Positions 1-8,495 of a stretch of 64,000 nucleotides of DNA are shown in pieces. The DNA lies in contig CAMDDU010000003.1 in assembly GCA_945892985.1 (NCBI GenBank), positions 62,060-126,059 on the forward strand. Direction: 5' to 3'. The number at the start of each line of letters is the position of its first letter. Positions within the stretch are counted from its first letter, which is position 1. A model generated the notes under the pieces. That model ran no database searches. It was not told the DNA's origin and saw only the letters and a list, made by a program, of their open reading frames with translations. This DNA is from Bordetella parapertussis. GTDB taxonomy: Bacteria > Pseudomonadota > Gammaproteobacteria > Burkholderiales > SG8-39. The translations under genes and the position numbers were made by a program.

Positions 1-222
1 CTCGAACCGGCCGGCAAAGCAGAATCCCTTGGCATGCGAAGCACGCGCCTTGTGTTTGCCGAATACACCGTTGAGCGTGTCGACGAGTTCGGTCGGCGTG
101 GTTTGGTCCATTGCCGGTTTAGCGGCCATGTTGTCGGCGTTCATGGAAGCGCAACCGGCCGCAGAGCCGGCGAAACCGATGATCAGAAGCTTGCGTAGGG
201 TGCGTTGTTTGATGCCTTGCAT
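1..222 (-). CDS. catalase-related peroxidase (SrpA-like), N-terminal 74 codons only, lipoprotein-type signal; rest lies outside the window
   Basis: Not in the ORF track because there is no stop inside the window. Minus-strand ATG at 220-222 with GGGAGA 7 nt upstream. My translation is MQGIKQRTLRKLLIIGFAGSAAGCASMNADNMAAKPAMDQTTPTELVDTLNGVFGKHKARASHAKGFCFAGRFE. It shows a lipobox-like AAGC, then the LNGVFG...RASHAKG motif I associate with catalase-related peroxidases. Confidence 0.6.
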   Translation of the reverse strand, partial: MQGIKQRTLRKLLIIGFAGSAAGCASMNADNMAAKPAMDQTTPTELVDTLNGVFGKHKARASHAKGFCFAGRFE

Positions 223-388
223 GTGAGGTCTCCCGTGTTGATTGGTATAGGCCCGGGTCCGTGGTGGACGAAGACAGGCTGGTTGCGTAATCGGGCGGCG
301 CACGAAATGGCAACTGGGAGGTAGTCGGATCACGCTGTAATTCCTTACAGCGCCGGCGGCACGTCCTGCGCGCAACACGCCGGTCCAG

Positions 389-576
389 TTGCGCCGGTGG
401 GCACTTGACGCTGCCGTAGGAGCAGAACACACAGCAATCGCCCGCCAGCGGCCGCGGCAGTTTGTGGCAGGTCTTGCAATCAAAAAAACGCAGGCGTCGG
501 TGGGCATTTCCTCCACCGCGGTGGCGCCGCAAGCGGGGCAGGTCACAAGCACCGCGAGTTTGCATTCGCCGATCAT
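389..576 (-). pseudogene. GDCCVxC-domain small Cys-rich metal-binding protein, reading frame broken at a homopolymer
   Basis: One minus-strand frame from ATG 574-576 reads MIGECKLAVLVTCPACGATAVEEMPTDACVF. A second frame (ORF 119..565) continues FFDCKTCHKLPRPLAGDCCVFCSYGSVKCPPAQ. The two halves of one domain are joined at a T7 run (plus-strand A7 at 482-488). The 3' end is uncertain because the frame stays open to 119. Confidence 0.6.
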
Positions 577-735
577 CACCTTGGCGCGAGCGAGTACATC
601 TTCGCGAGCGGGGGTCACCAGGCGACTAAGGTCGCCATTGAGCGGCCGGGCAGGCGTGCGAAACCCGCTTGCGCAGGTCCGTCCCCAATGGCCGGTTAGC
701 CGTCATTTATGAGTGCCGGTCTCTTCTACCTGATG

Positions 736-1191
736 CTACGGCCTTGGTTGGCCGGCGTCGTTTAGTCTTTCACCGTAAATCATTCGTGCAACTTGCGCTT
801 CGGCGGCAGCAGTCTCGCACTGAGGGCATGGTCGAGAGGTGGAGTAGAGGACGCTGCCAGCAAGACTCGTACGGCCTAGGAGTCGCTGTGCATCGCGAAT
901 TGCCTCTCGTTCAGCGTGAGCGGTTGGATCGCCGCGCTTGACTACGCGACTTGGACCTTCGCCAATGATCGCCCCATCCGCCACCAAGACTGCGCCGTAG
1001 GCCTGATCACCCCATGACTCAGCAAGCCGTTTCATCGACTCTGCGGCTTCAATCCAGCGTCGTTCCGGTTTGGATGGTGCATCCGAGCGCTCCGCAGATG
1101 AGGCAAGGCGCCAAACGAACATAAGAGCCACAGCAGCGACCGCTCGAGCCAAACCGTTGCGACGGGAGCGACTGAAAGGCGAGGTGGTCAT
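736..1191 (-). CDS. CMP/dCMP-type zinc deaminase (TadA/guanine-deaminase-like fold) with twin-arginine signal peptide
   Basis: Catalytic motifs HAEREAI and PCPQCETA. The N-terminus MTTSPFSRSRRNGLARAVAAVALMFVWRLASSAE looks like a Tat signal. Confidence 0.7.
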   Translation of the reverse strand: MTTSPFSRSRRNGLARAVAAVALMFVWRLASSAERSDAPSKPERRWIEAAESMKRLAESWGDQAYGAVLVADGAIIGEGPSRVVKRGDPTAHAEREAIRDAQRLLGRTSLAGSVLYSTSRPCPQCETAAAEAQVARMIYGERLNDAGQPRP

Positions 1192-1306
1192 CGAGCGTCT
1201 CCTGACGGCTAACGTTAAAGCTGCCCGGCGCGCAGCATACGCCGCGAAGCGGCATTCTGCGGCTGTGTGTCCGCGCCGAGTGAAATGTTATGTTCCTTGC
1301 ATGGCA

Positions 1307-2395
1307 CTAGCCGATCGCCGCGTTCACCCGCGGCATGACTTCTTCGGCCATCAGCGTCATCGAGCGCTTGGCGAGAGCCGGGTCCATCCAGTCATGGCAG
1401 GGGTAGAGCAGGGTGCCGAAGTCGCCCACTTGTTCGCGAAAGGCGAGGATCTGGTCGACCACGCTGTTGACCGTGCCGGTGACGACCAGTTTTTCGGTGA
1501 CGTACTCGGTGGTGATCTTGGAGTCGGGCTCGCTCTGGTCGGCCTTGAACAGGTTGGAACGGCCGGCAAAACCGACGAGCTTGCGCACCAGTTGCTTGAA
1601 GTAGAAATGGTAGGGGCCTTCGGGGGAATGGCCGTAGCGCTTGGCGGTGGCTTCGTCGTCGGCGACAAAAATGGATTTCGCCACGCGCCATTCGGAGGTG
1701 TTGGCTTTTGCGCCCACGGCTTCGCGGCCCTCGGCGTACTTGGGCCAGTGCGAGGCCACCCACTGGGGCAGCAGGAAGTTGGCCGAGATCGGCTGCCAGC
1801 CGCGCTTGGCCGCTTCGGTCACGCCCTTGGAAAAGGGGGCGACCGCGGTCACGACGATCTGCGGGTGCGGCGACTGGTAGGGCTTGAGAATGGTGCCCTG
1901 GCCGATTTCCGGGATCATGGTCTTTTCAGTGGTCACGGAAAAATGCTTGCCGATCAGCTTGTAAGGCCCCTCATTTTTCCAGATCTCGAGCACCATGTTG
2001 ATGCTCTCGAGGAACATCTCGTTGCGGTCCTTGCCGAAGTTGCCGAACACCTCGGCGTCGGACATCAGGCCGCCGGGGCTGATGCCCATGATGAAGCGGC
2101 CCTTGAGCATGTGATCGAGCATGGCCACCTGTGCCGCAATGGCCGCCGGATGCGAGTTGGGCATGTTGATGGTGCCGGTGCCCAGCATGATCTGCTTGGT
2201 TTCGTGCACCAGGCTAGACAGGAACATCATGCAGGAGGTTACATTCTCGGCGAGGTCGGTGACGTGCTCGCCAACGTAGGCTTCGCAAAAGCCGAGCTTG
2301 TCGGCGAGCAGGATGGCCTCGCGATCCTCGATCAGCGTCTCCCAGGCTTTGCGTCCGGGCGGGTGCAGCGGCATCATGAATGTTCCGAGCTTCAT
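1307..2395 (-). CDS. LLM-class (luciferase-like) flavin-dependent monooxygenase, limonene-1,2-monooxygenase-like
   Basis: 362 aa, MKLGTFMMPLHPPGR...EAYVGEHV...GISPGG, typical of luciferase-like monooxygenases. GGAGAA lies upstream of the ATG. Confidence 0.75.
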   Translation of the reverse strand: MKLGTFMMPLHPPGRKAWETLIEDREAILLADKLGFCEAYVGEHVTDLAENVTSCMMFLSSLVHETKQIMLGTGTINMPNSHPAAIAAQVAMLDHMLKGRFIMGISPGGLMSDAEVFGNFGKDRNEMFLESINMVLEIWKNEGPYKLIGKHFSVTTEKTMIPEIGQGTILKPYQSPHPQIVVTAVAPFSKGVTEAAKRGWQPISANFLLPQWVASHWPKYAEGREAVGAKANTSEWRVAKSIFVADDEATAKRYGHSPEGPYHFYFKQLVRKLVGFAGRSNLFKADQSEPDSKITTEYVTEKLVVTGTVNSVVDQILAFREQVGDFGTLLYPCHDWMDPALAKRSMTLMAEEVMPRVNAAIG

Positions 2396-2440
2396 TGTTT
2401 TCTCCGGTCTGTTGCTTTTTGGGTTGGCGTGGTAATTGGT

Positions 2441-3442
2441 TCAGGTGAGCGGATCTGGCGACACCAGTCCGCCGCTCTCGACCGAGCGGTTGACCGCTTC
2501 CAGGGTCAGCACATTGGCGAGCATCTCGTCGGTTCTGACCGGGTAGGCCGCCCCGCCCATGGCCGCGGTGGCAAAGGCTTCGAGGTTGGCGCGCACCGCC
2601 GGGTGCGGTGGGAAAAAGCGCATTTCCGGCGTGCCGTTGCGGTGGCATACGCCGACGTCCCAGCCGGTGGGCAGTTCCGGGTGGGTGCGGTCGCGGATTT
2701 CCATCCAGCCCTTGGAGCCGTACACGGCAAAGCGGCCGACAAACGGCGTGGCGAGCATGGCGCTCAGCAGCGCATTCGCGCCGCCGGGAAAGCCCAGCAT
2801 GATGCCCAGGGTGTCGCCATTGGCGAAGTTGCTGCCGCGTGTGGACAGGCGCGCCCACACCGATTGGGGCAACCCGAGGCAGGCGATGGAAAGATCGACC
2901 AGATGGATGCCGGTTCCGGTGAGCGGGCCGTTGGGCGCGAGAACCGGTGACAGGCGCCAGTTGTCAGGCGGCAGGGCGAGGAATTTGTCCTGGCTGAAAT
3001 TGGCCTCGATTTGCAGGATCTCGCCGAACTCGCCGGCCTTGAAGCGCTGGCGCAACTCGATCATGGCCGGCTCGAAGCGGCGTTCGTGGCCTATGCCCAG
3101 CGTGACGCCGGCCTTTTTGACGGCAGCGATCGCGCGCCTGACGTCCTCGCCAGTCAGGCACAGGGGTTTTTCGCAAAACACGTGCTTGCCGGCGCGTGCC
3201 GCCTGCTCGATCTGTTCGGCATGGAAGCGGTGCGGGGTGCATAGCACCACGGCGTCGACATCCGGCGCCTGCAGGGCCGCGTCGAAACTTTCCGAGGCGC
3301 GCATGCCCAGGGCGGCCGCGGCATCGCGTCCGGCCGGGTCGGGGTCGACGCCCACAAGGGGGCGGATGACGCTGCTCGTGGCGAGGTCGCGGGCGATGGT
3401 GCGGCCCCACCAGCCCATTCCGATAATGGCTGCGCGAATCAT
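2441..3442 (-). CDS. Gfo/Idh/MocA family NAD(P)-dependent oxidoreductase
   Basis: N-terminal Rossmann motif MIRAAIIGMGWWG and the family motif VFCEKPL. Confidence 0.8.
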   Translation of the reverse strand: MIRAAIIGMGWWGRTIARDLATSSVIRPLVGVDPDPAGRDAAAALGMRASESFDAALQAPDVDAVVLCTPHRFHAEQIEQAARAGKHVFCEKPLCLTGEDVRRAIAAVKKAGVTLGIGHERRFEPAMIELRQRFKAGEFGEILQIEANFSQDKFLALPPDNWRLSPVLAPNGPLTGTGIHLVDLSIACLGLPQSVWARLSTRGSNFANGDTLGIMLGFPGGANALLSAMLATPFVGRFAVYGSKGWMEIRDRTHPELPTGWDVGVCHRNGTPEMRFFPPHPAVRANLEAFATAAMGGAAYPVRTDEMLANVLTLEAVNRSVESGGLVSPDPLT

Positions 3443-3624
3443 ACTTTTAGTCCGTGTCTGTTCAATGTCGAAGCGGTGTGCATGGCGTCCTCCTGGGTCC
3501 GGATTTGGTCCGGGTTGCGGGTCCTTGGCGCGATGCCGGCGACCCTGTGATTTGGCGCCAATACTAGCTATAATTTATCAATTGCTCAATAAAAAAACGC
3601 AGCTTCTCAAGGAGAGTGGGTAAC

Positions 3625-4596
3625 ATGAAAAAAACAGCACGCGGCAGCGCAGCAAAGGGTAGCGTCGCAGTCATAGGCCTGGGGATCATGGGCTCGTCCA
3701 TAGCGGCCAACCTTGTCAAGGCGGGTTTTCGTGTGCGCGGTTACGACGTCGTCGCGGCACGGCGCAACGCGCTCGTTCGGGCGGGCGGCACTGCGGCCGC
3801 GAGCGTGGCCGAGGCGGTAAAGGGGTGCACCCGTGTCATCACCTCGCTGCCCAGCCCGGGGGCGCTTGACGCCGTCGCCGAGCAACTGGCCGGGCATGCC
3901 GGGCGTTCCACTGTGGTGGCCGAGGTCAGCACCCTGACGATTGCGGACAAGGAGCGGGTGCGGGCGCGGCTCGCCGGCAGCGGGATTGAATTGCTCGACT
4001 GTCCGCTCTCGGGCACAGGCGCGCAGGCCAGGGTCGGCGACCTCGCGGTCTACGCCAGTGGTTCGCCGGCGGCGATCCGTCGCATGAAACCGGTGTTCGC
4101 AGGGTTTGCGCGCGTGCAATACGACTTGGGCACCTTCAGCAACGGCATGAAAATGAAGCTCGTGGCCAATCTTCTGGTGGCCATCCACAATGTCTCTGCA
4201 GCCGAGGCCGTCCTGCTGGGCACACGCTCGGGGCTGGACGCCGACACCATTGTGCGGGTGGTTGCCGACGGCGCCGGTGGTTCGCGCATGCTGCAGGTGC
4301 GCGGCCCGATGATGGCGCGGCGCAATTACCTGCCGGCGACCATGAAAATGGAAGTCTGGCAAAAAGACATGGCCATCATCGCCGGCCTGCTCAAGGAAGT
4401 GGGTGCCGCGGCGCCGCTCTTTACCGCGACGGTACCCATTTACGACGCCGCCATGGCGCTGGGCATGGAGGAGCAGGACACCGGCGGCGTGCTCGCTGTG
4501 CTCGAGCGCTGGTCTTCTCCGGCGGCAAAGCCCGCACGTCCCGCACGTATCGGGCGGGTCGCACGTCCGGCGCGTCCGGCCAAGCGTAAAAAGTAA
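3625..4596 (+). CDS. NAD(P)-dependent beta-hydroxyacid dehydrogenase (3-hydroxyisobutyrate dehydrogenase family) with basic Ala/Pro/Arg-rich C-terminal tail
   Basis: VAVIGLGIMGSSIAANL dinucleotide-binding motif. AAGGAGA at 3609-3615 favours ATG 3625 over the GTG at 3616. The tail reads PAAKPARPARIGRVARPARPAKRKK. Confidence 0.75.
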   Translation: MKKTARGSAAKGSVAVIGLGIMGSSIAANLVKAGFRVRGYDVVAARRNALVRAGGTAAASVAEAVKGCTRVITSLPSPGALDAVAEQLAGHAGRSTVVAEVSTLTIADKERVRARLAGSGIELLDCPLSGTGAQARVGDLAVYASGSPAAIRRMKPVFAGFARVQYDLGTFSNGMKMKLVANLLVAIHNVSAAEAVLLGTRSGLDADTIVRVVADGAGGSRMLQVRGPMMARRNYLPATMKMEVWQKDMAIIAGLLKEVGAAAPLFTATVPIYDAAMALGMEEQDTGGVLAVLERWSSPAAKPARPARIGRVARPARPAKRKK

Positions 4597-4730
4597 AAAA
4601 TAAGCGTCGGTAGCTGCAGCGGGGCTGCCGCCCGGCGCAGGGTGATTGCCTTAAAACCCGCGCCAGGCTTGGCTTTTCAGGTGATTGCCATGTACGATTT
4701 GCGTCGATTATCCGGGCAATCGGCGAGGAC

Positions 4731-5849
4731 GTGAGTACGATGACATTCCGATATCTAATGAGGGTCGCTGCGGCGACTGCGCTCGTATGCCTGGCGGCAG
4801 CGTCGCCGGCGCGTGCCCACGATTGCGCCGGGATCGCCGAGGACGCGAAACGGCTGCTCTGCTATGACGCGGCGTTCGGTCGTGCGGCGCCCACATTGCC
4901 TGCAATGCCTTCGGGGGCCGTGGCCCGGCCGACTTCGGGCGCACCTCCCGCAACGCCGGCAACGCCCGCACAGGCGGCTTCCGCTGCGGCGGTCGCCGAG
5001 GCTGAAAAAGCACGCCTCAAGGCCGATGCGAAAAAGGGCCGAAGCCTGGTCGAGGCCTGGGACCTCGATCCGGACACCGCGCTCGCCCCGTTTGAGTTAC
5101 GGGCTTACAAGCCGATGTACCTGCAGATCCTGTCGCATACCAACAAGGTCAACGGCCAGCCTTCCTCGGCGCAAGCGGCCAACAACGTGGTGACGCCGCT
5201 GGACCTCCAATCCAACGAATTGCAATTCCAATTGAGCGTCAAGACCAAGGCCTGGGACCGGATCCTGGGTAACAACGGCAGCCTGTGGCTAGGCTACACC
5301 CAGACCTCGCGCTGGCAGGCGTACAACGCTTCCAACTCGAGGCCGTTCCGGGAAACCAATTACGAGCCCGAGGCGATGTTCGTGCTCAATACGCCCGGCA
5401 ATATCGCCGGCTGGCAGTCGCGCATGAGCAGTGTCAGCCTCACCCACCAGTCCAACGGCCAATCCAGTCCGCTGTCGCGCAGCTGGAATCGTGTGATCGG
5501 CCAGTGGGGCCTGGAAAAAGACAACACCACCCTGCTGATACGGCCCTGGTGGCGCATTCCGGAAAAAGCGGCGCGCGATGACAACCCGGGTATCGAAAAT
5601 TTTGTCGGTCGCGGTGAACTGGTGCTGGCCCATCGCATGGGCGAGCACGTGGTTTCATTTCAGGGGCGCCACGCACTGCGCACAGGCGAGAACGCGCGCG
5701 GTTCTGCGAAGATCGATTGGGCCATTCCAATGGCCGGTTACCTCAAGGCCCACCTGTCGCTTTTTTCTGGTTACGGGGAGAGCCTCGTCGACTACAACCA
5801 CCGCCAGACGCGCATCGGCTTGGGGGTGTCGCTGGTTGAGTGGCGCTAA
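4731..5849 (+). CDS. pldA: outer-membrane phospholipase A (OMPLA)
   Basis: Signal peptide ending ASPARA; YKPMYL, LQFQLS and LWLGYTQ; catalytic HQSNG. The C-terminal beta-barrel ends VSLVEWR. The start may be ATG 4740. Confidence 0.8.
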   Translation: MSTMTFRYLMRVAAATALVCLAAASPARAHDCAGIAEDAKRLLCYDAAFGRAAPTLPAMPSGAVARPTSGAPPATPATPAQAASAAAVAEAEKARLKADAKKGRSLVEAWDLDPDTALAPFELRAYKPMYLQILSHTNKVNGQPSSAQAANNVVTPLDLQSNELQFQLSVKTKAWDRILGNNGSLWLGYTQTSRWQAYNASNSRPFRETNYEPEAMFVLNTPGNIAGWQSRMSSVSLTHQSNGQSSPLSRSWNRVIGQWGLEKDNTTLLIRPWWRIPEKAARDDNPGIENFVGRGELVLAHRMGEHVVSFQGRHALRTGENARGSAKIDWAIPMAGYLKAHLSLFSGYGESLVDYNHRQTRIGLGVSLVEWR

Positions 5850-5858
5850 GCGGGGCGT

Positions 5859-6581
5859 CTAGGCACGGCCCGCGCGGCTGCGTGCGCAGCGCGGCTTCGC
5901 GGCGGTGGCTCTGCCGCCCAGCAGCCCCGGATAGACCGAAGGCGCTCCCGCCAGGAATGCGCTGATGGCGTGGCCGGCGCTGGCGGCAAAGTCCTGCTCG
6001 ACCGGCGCACGGTAGATAAAGCGGCGGATGGCGTAATAGAACATGCCGCCGTGCAGTTTCCAGACGAACTCGATTTCGGCCCGCGTCACCGGTTCGGTGC
6101 TTTTTACCCGGCAATGCTGTCGCAATTCAAGGCAGATCGCCACCAGCAGGCGGCGCTGGATGAGGCCGATGTAGCGGCGGTTGAAGCCGGTGTCGGCAAG
6201 CCCCGCGTACATGTAGATGCGTATCCATTCGGGCCGGTAAGTGGCCTTGGCGTAGTCCTGGTAGAAGCCGAGCAGCCTGTCATGCAGTGGTTGGGTGCGG
6301 TCTTGTATGCGCTGCAGCCATTGCGCATCCCAGCGGCCGAGAAAGACCTCCTTGAACACGCGCTCGATCAGGGCCTGCTTGGACGGGAAGTAGCGGTACA
6401 GCAGCGGCTGGGTGACGCCCAGTTGGCGCGACAGTTCACGCGTCTGGCCCGAGAACCCCACCTCTGAGAAGTAGGCGATGGCGCCGTCGACGATTTTGCG
6501 TTCGCGTGCTTCCGGGCTGAGGCGGCTTTGCGATGGTTTGCGTGCCACAGGTTTGCTTTTCTTTGCTGAAGGGGAGGGCAC
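5859..6581 (-). CDS. TetR/AcrR family transcriptional regulator
   Basis: HTH region AIAYFSEVGFSGQTRELSRQLGVTQPLLYRYFPSK. Divergent from the 6777 gene. Confidence 0.8.
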   Translation of the reverse strand: MPSPSAKKSKPVARKPSQSRLSPEARERKIVDGAIAYFSEVGFSGQTRELSRQLGVTQPLLYRYFPSKQALIERVFKEVFLGRWDAQWLQRIQDRTQPLHDRLLGFYQDYAKATYRPEWIRIYMYAGLADTGFNRRYIGLIQRRLLVAICLELRQHCRVKSTEPVTRAEIEFVWKLHGGMFYYAIRRFIYRAPVEQDFAASAGHAISAFLAGAPSVYPGLLGGRATAAKPRCARSRAGRA

Positions 6582-6628
6582 GGGGGAGACCGATCACGGA
6601 TCAAGGCGGGCAGATTTTCTTTCGGATG

Positions 6629-6638
6629 ATGCTAGCAT
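6629..6638. promoter_or_regulatory. 10-bp perfect palindrome ATGCTAGCAT in the TetR/LVIVD divergent intergenic region (candidate operator)
   Basis: Read directly from the sequence; about 48 nt upstream of the tetR start. There is no experimental or motif-database support. Confidence 0.25.
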
Positions 6639-6776
6639 GTGCATGTCCGCAGTAACAATGCGAAGCATAGCAACGGGTGCCGCTGCCATCACGATTTTTT
6701 TCATGGCGGTGGCGCGATTTAACCCGGCGTTCGATAAAATACGCCTCCACACCTTCCATTCATCTAGGGTCCGCAC

Positions 6777-8027
6777 ATGAACAAACTTTCCTCCGGTGGA
6801 GCATCGCGCGCCGATCAGACGCTGGCCCTTAACATGAAGTTGCTGGCGCACCACGAGCTGGCTGGTTTCGGCGGGCTGGGCGAGGGCATATCCATGCAGC
6901 TTACCGGCGACGGCCGCCGCATCCTGTGGCTGGCGCACGAGGCTGCGCCGAAAAACTTCACCGGTGTCGATGTGACGGACCCGCGCAATCCCAAGCTGGT
7001 GGTGCAGACCGACCTGCCGCATATGCGCGTGCGTTCCAATTCGCTCGATGTGGTGGGCAACATCATGGCGGTGGCCTACCAGACGAAGGAGGCCGGCCTC
7101 AAACCGGCCGGCTTCGATCTGTTCGATATCAGCGTGCCCGAGTCGCCCAAACTCATTTCGCACTTTGACTGCTCCGGGCCGCATTCGCGCGGCGTGCATG
7201 CGCTGTGGTTTGTCGACGGCAAGTACGTGCATATGGCCTCGGGCGCGCCCGATTTTCAGCCGCGCAATCCGCTTGACGACCAGATTTACCGCATTGTCGA
7301 TGTCTCCAATCCGTCCAAGCCGGTCGAGGCCGGCCGCTGGTGGCTGCCTGGCACGCGCGAGGGGGACGAGGCACCACCGCCGCCGCGCCTGGCCGCGCCC
7401 TTCGACATGGGCTTTCGCGCCCACAACACCAACGTCTTTCCCGAGCGCCCCGACCGCGCCTATGTCGGCTACATCGACGGCGGCGCGCTGATCCTCGATA
7501 TCAGCGACATGAACAACATCAGGCTGGTGTCGCGCTGGAGTTATTCACCGCCATTCAACGGTTTTACGCACACCGTGCTGCCGCTGTTCAGCCGCGACCT
7601 GCTGATCGTCAGCGACGAGTGCGTGCTCGATGACGGCGCCGACTGGCCCAAGCTCGCCTGGGTGGTGGACGCGCGGCTTGAAACCAACCTCGTACCCATC
7701 GGCACTTTTCCCGCGCCGCCCTACGAGGCTTTTGCCAAGCGTGGCGGACGCTTCGGCGCCCATAACGTGCACGAGAACATCCCGGTATCAACTTCGTTCA
7801 AGTCGGACTCCATCATCATCGGCACCTTTTTCAACGCCGGCGTGCGTGCTTATGACGTGTCCAATCCCTACCAGGTGCAGGAGATTGCTTATTACGTGCC
7901 CGGTGCGCCCAAGCTATCGCCGGCTGGCGCCGTGCAACTTAACGACATCTACGTCGACGAGAACCGCATCGTTTACACGGTGGATCGTTTCACCGGCGGC
8001 TTGTACATACTGGAAATGACGATCTGA
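6777..8027 (+). CDS. LVIVD-repeat beta-propeller protein of unknown function
   Basis: 416 aa with repeated hydrophobic-strand motifs, including DLLIVSDE, ALILDISD and GNIMAVAYQ. This resembles the LVIVD repeat family (family recalled from memory). Confidence 0.55.
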   Translation: MNKLSSGGASRADQTLALNMKLLAHHELAGFGGLGEGISMQLTGDGRRILWLAHEAAPKNFTGVDVTDPRNPKLVVQTDLPHMRVRSNSLDVVGNIMAVAYQTKEAGLKPAGFDLFDISVPESPKLISHFDCSGPHSRGVHALWFVDGKYVHMASGAPDFQPRNPLDDQIYRIVDVSNPSKPVEAGRWWLPGTREGDEAPPPPRLAAPFDMGFRAHNTNVFPERPDRAYVGYIDGGALILDISDMNNIRLVSRWSYSPPFNGFTHTVLPLFSRDLLIVSDECVLDDGADWPKLAWVVDARLETNLVPIGTFPAPPYEAFAKRGGRFGAHNVHENIPVSTSFKSDSIIIGTFFNAGVRAYDVSNPYQVQEIAYYVPGAPKLSPAGAVQLNDIYVDENRIVYTVDRFTGGLYILEMTI

Positions 8028-8038
8028 CATCAATACTT

Positions 8039-8167
8039 GTCATTGCGAGCGCAGCGAAGCAATCTCATCACCATTCACCATTGTGACTGGCGATTCAATG
8101 CCACAAGATTGCCGCGTCCCCTCCGGGGATTAGCTGCGGGGCATCGGCTTCGCCTCCTCGCAATGAC
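8039..8167. repeat. 129-nt hairpin / MITE-like element, copy 1
   Basis: Perfect 11-bp terminal inverted repeats GTCATTGCGAG (8039-8049) and CTCGCAATGAC (8157-8167). They are extended by GCGAAGC / GCTTCGC after a small bulge. Confidence 0.8.
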
Positions 8168-8189
8168 CGACGGCAATAGGCTGGAAAGC

Positions 8190-8282
8190 ATCGCCAGTTC
8201 GTCAGCCAAGGCCTGGTCGAAAACCTGCAGCGCCTGCGCCGTCACCGGCAGCGTGACGCCGTGGCTGGCCGCCTCGGCCACC
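8190..8282 (-). pseudogene. duplicated, diverged fragment of the 3' part of the 8496..9404 dehydrogenase gene
   Basis: ORF 8075..8281 begins MAEAASHGVTLPVTAQALQVFDQA, identical to the C-terminal region of the intact gene. It then diverges and runs into the hairpin element. Confidence 0.75.
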
Positions 8283-8336
8283 TCGTTTCACCGGCGGCTT
8301 GTACATAATGGAAATGACGATCTGACATCAATACTT

Positions 8337-8465
8337 GTCATTGCGAGCGCAGCGAAGCAATCTCATCACCATTCACCATTGTGACTGGCGATTCAATGCC
8401 ACAAGATTGCCGCGTCCCCTTCGGGGATTACCTGCGGGGCATCGGCTTCGCCTCCTCGCAATGAC
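8337..8465. repeat. 129-nt hairpin / MITE-like element, copy 2
   Basis: Same element as 8039-8167 with 2 internal substitutions. Terminal inverted repeats lie at 8337-8347 and 8455-8465. Confidence 0.8.
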
Positions 8466-8495
8466 GACGGGGGCGGACGTGGTTTTTTAAGCCTT

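Noticed and set aside
345-389. Possible second frameshift at the 3' end of the GDCCVxC gene (an alternative frame reads GPACCAQDVPPAL-stop, ending at 345)
   Set aside because: It is attractive because it would give a short protein with a C-terminal CC motif and remove the 100-nt overlap with the next gene. However, there is no homopolymer at the putative shift site, and my memory of the family C-terminus is not reliable enough.
1070-2950. 626-aa ORF on the plus strand, the longest in the window
   Set aside because: It runs antisense to two well-supported genes (the LLM monooxygenase and the Gfo/Idh/MocA oxidoreductase). It has an Ala/Gly/Arg/His-rich low-complexity composition and no recognisable motif. 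This is a typical shadow ORF of GC-rich DNA. The same reasoning applies to 3607..4362(-), 6594..7424(-), 11895..12680(-), 16887..17819(+), 25615..26505(+), 28874..29767(-), 36198..37076(-), 60806..61534(+) and other overlapping ORFs in the track.
4510-4596. Repetitive basic tail (PAAKPARPARIGRVARPARPAKRKK) on the 3625..4596 dehydrogenase as a separate functional module
   Set aside because: It may simply be a read-on into GC-rich repetitive sequence (repeated CGCACGTCC units) before the first stop. There is no independent evidence of function.
8037-8384. 115-aa ORF spanning the hairpin elements and duplicated gene fragment
   Set aside because: It is generated by reading through the repeat unit (SLRAQRSNL... 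is the translated inverted-repeat arm). It has no start context, and its content is explained by the duplication.
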